64,000 nt of DNA from Amoeboaphelidium protococcarum X5 (lineage: Eukaryota > Fungi > Aphelidiomycota), in NCBI GenBank assembly GCA_023515725.1, contig JALDTO010000247.1, positions 186,001 to 250,000 of the forward strand, read 5' to 3'. Below, one piece after another: positions 58,822 through 64,000 of the stretch. Numbering within the stretch: position 1 is the first letter of the stretch; every line of letters begins with the position of its first letter. The notes beneath the pieces were generated by a model. That model was not told the DNA's origin. It did not search any database and saw nothing but the letters and a program-made list of their open reading frames with translations. Position numbers and translations under genes: made by a program.

Positions 58822-60420
58822 ATGGATATACAAAGTGAGGCTAATATAGACGAGGTGCTCCAAGTAGAAGATGTGCCTATGGTTCATCCCTACCCCAAGA
58901 CGCAGAGAGATTATTATGTGCGTCCAACTTATAGGTTGACATTCGCGAAAATATGTCATTTGTTATATGAATCTGCGGAAAATATTGATTATATATCGAT
59001 ATCAGGCACTCCTGGAATTGGCAAGTCGGTATTCTACATGTATGCCTTTCGCAAAATGCGCGATAAATATCCTGATACTACCATAATCATGGCGTCATTC
59101 GCAGCTGGCGATCTGGAGGAAGCGTCACTGTTCTCTCCTCATACGACAGAGCCGCAGTCGTTGGACTTGAAGCAGCTTGAACAGGCAGATCGTGATCATC
59201 CTGGTGCCTTACATTTGTATGACGGCGCTCCTAGAAAAATACCCAAAAAGAACAACGCTAAAATGATTGTATTCACGAGTCCGAATGAAAAGTGGTTTAA
59301 CATTGTCCGGAAGTATTAAAACCATTGCAAATTGTATATGGACGTCTGGAGTTTGAATGAGCTGAACAATGCCGACCGTTTTTTGAAGCTGTAAATTGGA
59401 TAAGCGGAATTGCAGGAACGGTTCAATACCGTTGGAGGTGTCGCGCGACACTGCTTGACTACAGATCGAGTATTCCGAAATGCTATTAAGCATATCGATG
59501 ATGCTATTGGTAAGTTAACTTCGATTCGCGAACTCTGCATGTGCATAACTGGTGTTTCTGTGCACACTATTGTTTCGCATAGATTATTGCATTTTCGTCC
59601 TATAGCTGGCGATTAGTCGGATTATGAAGTGGAATTTGGGTCCAGCCGCATTAAAGGGAAACTCGCCTCAAGGTTTCGTGACGTTGTGCGGACAGAACGC
59701 GGCGGATTAATCAATACCCTAGAATTCGTGCCCAAAGGATCACCAATGCGTGGGTGGTTGTTTGAAAGCTGTGTTCATGATTAATTGTCTGTCGGTGGTG
59801 AATTTGAGTTGAAACCACTTTCGGGCCCGGTCTTGCCAAAAACGATAGTAATAAATCCTAATGTGGATTAGTTGATTTTAGAGTTCAATTACTGGTTTGA
59901 TGACGGCACGTACTTTATACCGTCGAAAGACAATAATGAATCGATTGATTCTTGGTACCTGTCGTCCACGAAAAAGCAACTGATTCTATTCTAAGCCACC
60001 GTTTCAACTCACCATTCGATCAAGGCACGTGGAGTTTGGTTTTTACTCAAAGGAAAGTTGGATATGTTAGACTTATTTATGCAGGGCATCTTGGAGGTCA
60101 TTTTAGTATTCATCGTACCAAAAGGACTGGCGAATTCTTTTATAGAGCAAGAAATTACGATGGAGCCTGTTTCGATATTAGCTTATTTGAAGTCCCTGTC
60201 ACTGACAGACATTGCTGGTATTGGGAAAAAGAAAGCTGATAGACTAAAAGAAAGTGGGGTGTTGACTGGTGAACAGTTGTAAAATATTGTGGACAAGAAT
60301 TCCGATAATGAGTGGATCGAATCCGTCAAGAAATATAGCGTGGAATCTCATGAGCTTGGACCAGTTCTAGAAAAAATATGCCACATTGATCAGTTTGTCT
60401 TGGGATTGGACACGAAATAA
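58822..60420 (+). CDS. Crinkler/RHS-like P-loop NTPase + REase-like + helix-hairpin-helix protein
   Basis: ISGTPGIGKSVF, LYDG, FTSPN, GGVARHCL, GWLFE, SIDSW..LFQATV...H, LVFIVP, IAGIGKKKADRL; ends QFVLGLDTK-TAA, next TGA at 60565-60567. Confidence 0.8.
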
Positions 60421-61125
60421 AACTTTATTTACTCAAAGCTTTCGTGTTTGACTCATCATCGTTATGGTTTATGGTTATACTTTATCCTTTAGGCGTTTCA
60501 CCATTACATGCTTCACCTTAATCCTTAATTAAAGCATTCAGCTTAACAAAATAGTAGTAGAGTTTGATGTTTCAATAATTTCATAGAGTACAAGATCACT
60601 GTTCAATCCATGGCTGGCCATTTCACCATTGTATACGTTCTAGGCTCTCGAGTGTGCCACATTTCCCAGACTCTATGCTAAGCCACACATAGATTCTCAC
60701 AGTCTAGTGTGATCATATTCTGATACAGCTCTTCAATTCATTTAAAGGTTGTAACTTTTCAAGAGGACGAGAGTGCTCAGCTCCATATAATGCATCTAGA
60801 ACGGAGAATAATTGGTAACCGCATGAGTATGTACGCGAATACCATAAACAGTTTGATTGATTCAAATACTAATCCCATCTTTCCGGCTATCCCTGCCCGA
60901 ACGTTGTAATTATATTATTTAATGGAGAGTGCATTCGATAGTCCAAGCCGTTTATCGATCAAGTGCTCATTCATTAAATGCTTCACTTCTCTTTTCTCTC
61001 TTTCGGCCGTGTTTGCACACTTTATTGCTTGAACGAAATTGAACTATTCACTCTGTGCATAATTACATTTATATTTTCGAAAGTTCTTAAAAAGCTTTTT
61101 TTAATTAGTACTGCACTAAATAGTA

Positions 61126-63591
61126 ATGAAGCTTCCTATAGTTGTAATTGATAGAGTGATTCTACCTGGTGGCACTATTAGACTGTCGGTAAGCGATGAC
61201 GTGTCAGCTATCGATGGTCTAGACAGTATAGTTATTGAGTTTCGCATGTCTGGTGAAGAGATTAATCAAGTGGGAGTGTTGGCCAAGATTATAGGGACCG
61301 TGTCGTTGAATGAAAAGATGTTTATCATGGCTAGAGCTGCGCAGAGAGTCAGAATTTTGAATACTGACGGCGATTCCGTTGCCGAGGTTGAACTACTAAA
61401 AGTCGCTGAAGCAGAATCGGCTCAATTTGCTGACAGATTAAATTAGATCCGCAAGTCTATTTTGGACATTTTTCGTGGTACCAATTATTATGGTCTCTTA
61501 AAGTAGCTGCAGACGCTGGATATCTGTGATAAATTTGTAAACTTGTTGGGTGATGGTGTCGATAACACAGTTCGGCTCTCAGTGCTGAATGCTTTAAAGA
61601 TTGAGGATCGTCTTACACTTACTGAAAATATTATTGAATCTCATGGCTCAAAATTTCCCTTAAGAAATACTCATAATTAACGGGCTATTATTGATTCTAA
61701 ACTTGCGTAATCTGGATAAAGATAAAATGGGAGGCGAAATTTTAGTAAAAGCGATAGTGGTGACGATACTATGGATGATTAGGACGAATTACGTCAATTG
61801 ATAAAGAGAATTTAGGATGCTTAATTACCTGAATCTATTCACTCTCAAGTTATGAAGGAGTTTAAGAGATTGAGTAAGATGCAGAATGTTCAGGCAGAGT
61901 TTTCAGTATTACGAACGTGGATTGAGACTGTTTTAGATCTGCCGTGGAATCAAGATAAGGATGATCATTTGCAAGATATTGATATCGCTGCTGCATAATA
62001 AGTATTAGACCGCGACCATTATGGATTAGATTAGGTAAAGAGGCGTATTCTGGAGTATTTAGCTGTCCGAAAGTTGAACAAATCTGTGAAAGGTCCGATT
62101 ATATGTCTTGTCGGATCACCCGGTGTAGGAAAAACTTCTCTCGGTAAAAGTATTGCTGCGGCTTTGAATCGCAAATTTCATCGAATATCGCTTGGTGGTG
62201 TTCGTGATGTGGCTGAAATTAAAGGACATAGACGAACATACGTCGGAGCTCTTCCTGGTCTCATTATACAGGCATTGAAGTAGTGCAAGTCCAAAAATCC
62301 AGTTATTCTACTGGATGAAATAGAAAAGATGGGTCGAGATGCTTTCCGAGGTGATCCAGTCAGTGCCATGCTGGAGGTTTTGGATTACGAGCAGAATAAT
62401 ACGTTTACTGACTTGTATCTTGGACTTCCATTTGATTTGAGCCAGGTTATTTTTATCTGTACGGCGAATACGTTAGACTCTGTCCCAGCACCATTGCTAG
62501 ATCGTATGGAAGTTGTGCGGATAGCTGGATACTCTCTGGACGAAAAATTGCACATTGCTCAACAGTACTTACTTCCAAAGTAATTGCTAGCTAATGGATT
62601 GTTAAAAGAAGATGTTGAAATGTCTTAATCTACATTGCAGGATTTGTGTGTAAATTACACTGCAGAAGCTGGTGTGAGAAACTTGGAGCGAAAGATTGCA
62701 GCTATTTGTCGTCATGTAGCAATGAAAAAGGCCGGCAGTGGTAGTAATATAGATTCCAAATTTGCTTCTATCAATATCACGCCGTAAATGCTGATTGATA
62801 TTCTTGGTCCAGGTAGAGCTGAATAGGATATAAGTAGTCGATTGTAAGTGGCCGGTGTATCTGCTGGTCTTGCTTATACTTTGGATGGATCAGGTGCATT
62901 GTTATTTATTGAGTGCACTGCTTACCGGTCGAGTGGTCCGTCTGCGCAGCTCCTTCTTACCGGCAAACTTGGAGATGTGATGAAAGAATCTGCTCAAGCT
63001 GCATTATCCTGGGTGAGATCAAATATCGATTCCATTAAATTAAGCGAATAGTTTTCTTCAATTGCTCACAGTCGCAGTTCCCTGTTGAACCTACCATAGC
63101 CGGATCATGTTGATATAGGTTCTATGCTTTAGGCGAACCCGCATGGAAGCAATAGTTCTGGACAAATCAAATATCCCTTGGATGTACATATACATTTCCC
63201 TGCGGCCGCTGTCTCGAAAGATGGTCCTAGTGCAGGAGTCGCAATTGCGGTTGCTCTGGTTTCCCTCTTCTCTGGACGTGTATGTCGTCCTGACACGGCG
63301 ATGACTGGAGAGATCACATTACATGGCCAAGTGCTACCCGTAGGTGGAATCAAGGAGAAGCTCATAGCCGCGCACCGCTGTGGAGTTAAAAGAGTTATCA
63401 TTCCGGATTAGAATAGTCGTGATGTTGTACATGATGTTCCTGACCGTGTCAAAGCTGGACTGGATATTGTGTATGCAAAGTAAATCTTGGATGTAATCAA
63501 AGCTGCCTTCCCTGTATCAGATTCTCCTGTAATTATGAATGATACCTCTGATCAGTCATCATAGACTTCCCTATAGCGTAGTAAATTGTGA
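61126..63591 (+). CDS. LONP2: Peroxisomal Lon protease
   Basis: [35 protein letters not shown]; C-terminal SKL (PTS1) then TGA. Confidence 0.95.
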
Positions 63592-63796
63592 ATTACTGGA
63601 GTATATGGAATCCATTCAGTTCTTTAATACATTGATTGATTACCGTTAATTCTCATTTATGGTGGGTTGTATACCGACGTTGACCGTTTAAGGGGCTCCA
63701 AAAATGGAACACTTTGGTTCATTAAATATTCGTATTTTAAATCAATGCACTTTGAATTACTCGGCCTCTTATAGATATCAAATTTTATATTGAATA

Positions 63797-64000
63797 ATGT
63801 CGTTCATTTCACCACTAAGAGTATTTCTATTTGTAGGTACTGTTGGATCTGCTATCGGGGCATTGCTGGGCCTGTTGGTGCTGTTGAACGATGAAGTGCG
63901 CGCCAAATTGATGGCGGACGATATGGTCAAACCGGTGCTGATGGGTGCATGGAGATAGCCAGGCACTTTTGAACCTCATTACACCGTATTTAATAGAATG
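63797..64000 (+). CDS. Hypothetical membrane-anchored protein (3' partial)
   Basis: ATG, N-terminal hydrophobic helix, open to the window end. Confidence 0.5.

Overview
Gene-dense, intron-poor eukaryotic nuclear DNA of a fungus-related (holomycotan) organism. It uses a non-standard code: TAA and TAG read as Gln and TGA is the normal stop. The supplied ORF track is therefore fragmented. Re-translation gives about 35 genes: Rix7/NVL, LKB1, a GT8+GT49 glycosyltransferase, TBCA, MOB, KDSR, NUBP2, p47/UBX, a PACT coiled-coil protein, ABCG, TruB, a formin, a septin, two thiolases, IGHMBP2, MCM3, a subtilisin, Par14, an SFR2-like GH1, POLE3, a CRN-like protein and peroxisomal Lon. The code and gene content fit an aphelid such as Amoeboaphelidium protococcarum (inference). 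Highlights: (1) a ~5.2-kb block (15.0-20.2 kb) that looks circularly permuted, with the two halves of one DUF4449-type gene in swapped order at its ends and a truncated ORMDL gene inside; (2) a plant-type SFR2 galactolipid galactosyltransferase homolog; (3) two genes whose expected C-terminus falls exactly on a TAA, hinting at context-dependent termination; (4) a 20-copy 178-bp satellite with hairpins and a dimeric higher-order repeat; (5) a mitochondrial/peroxisomal thiolase pair with homogenised 3' halves. All family assignments come from motif recognition by eye, not from database searches.
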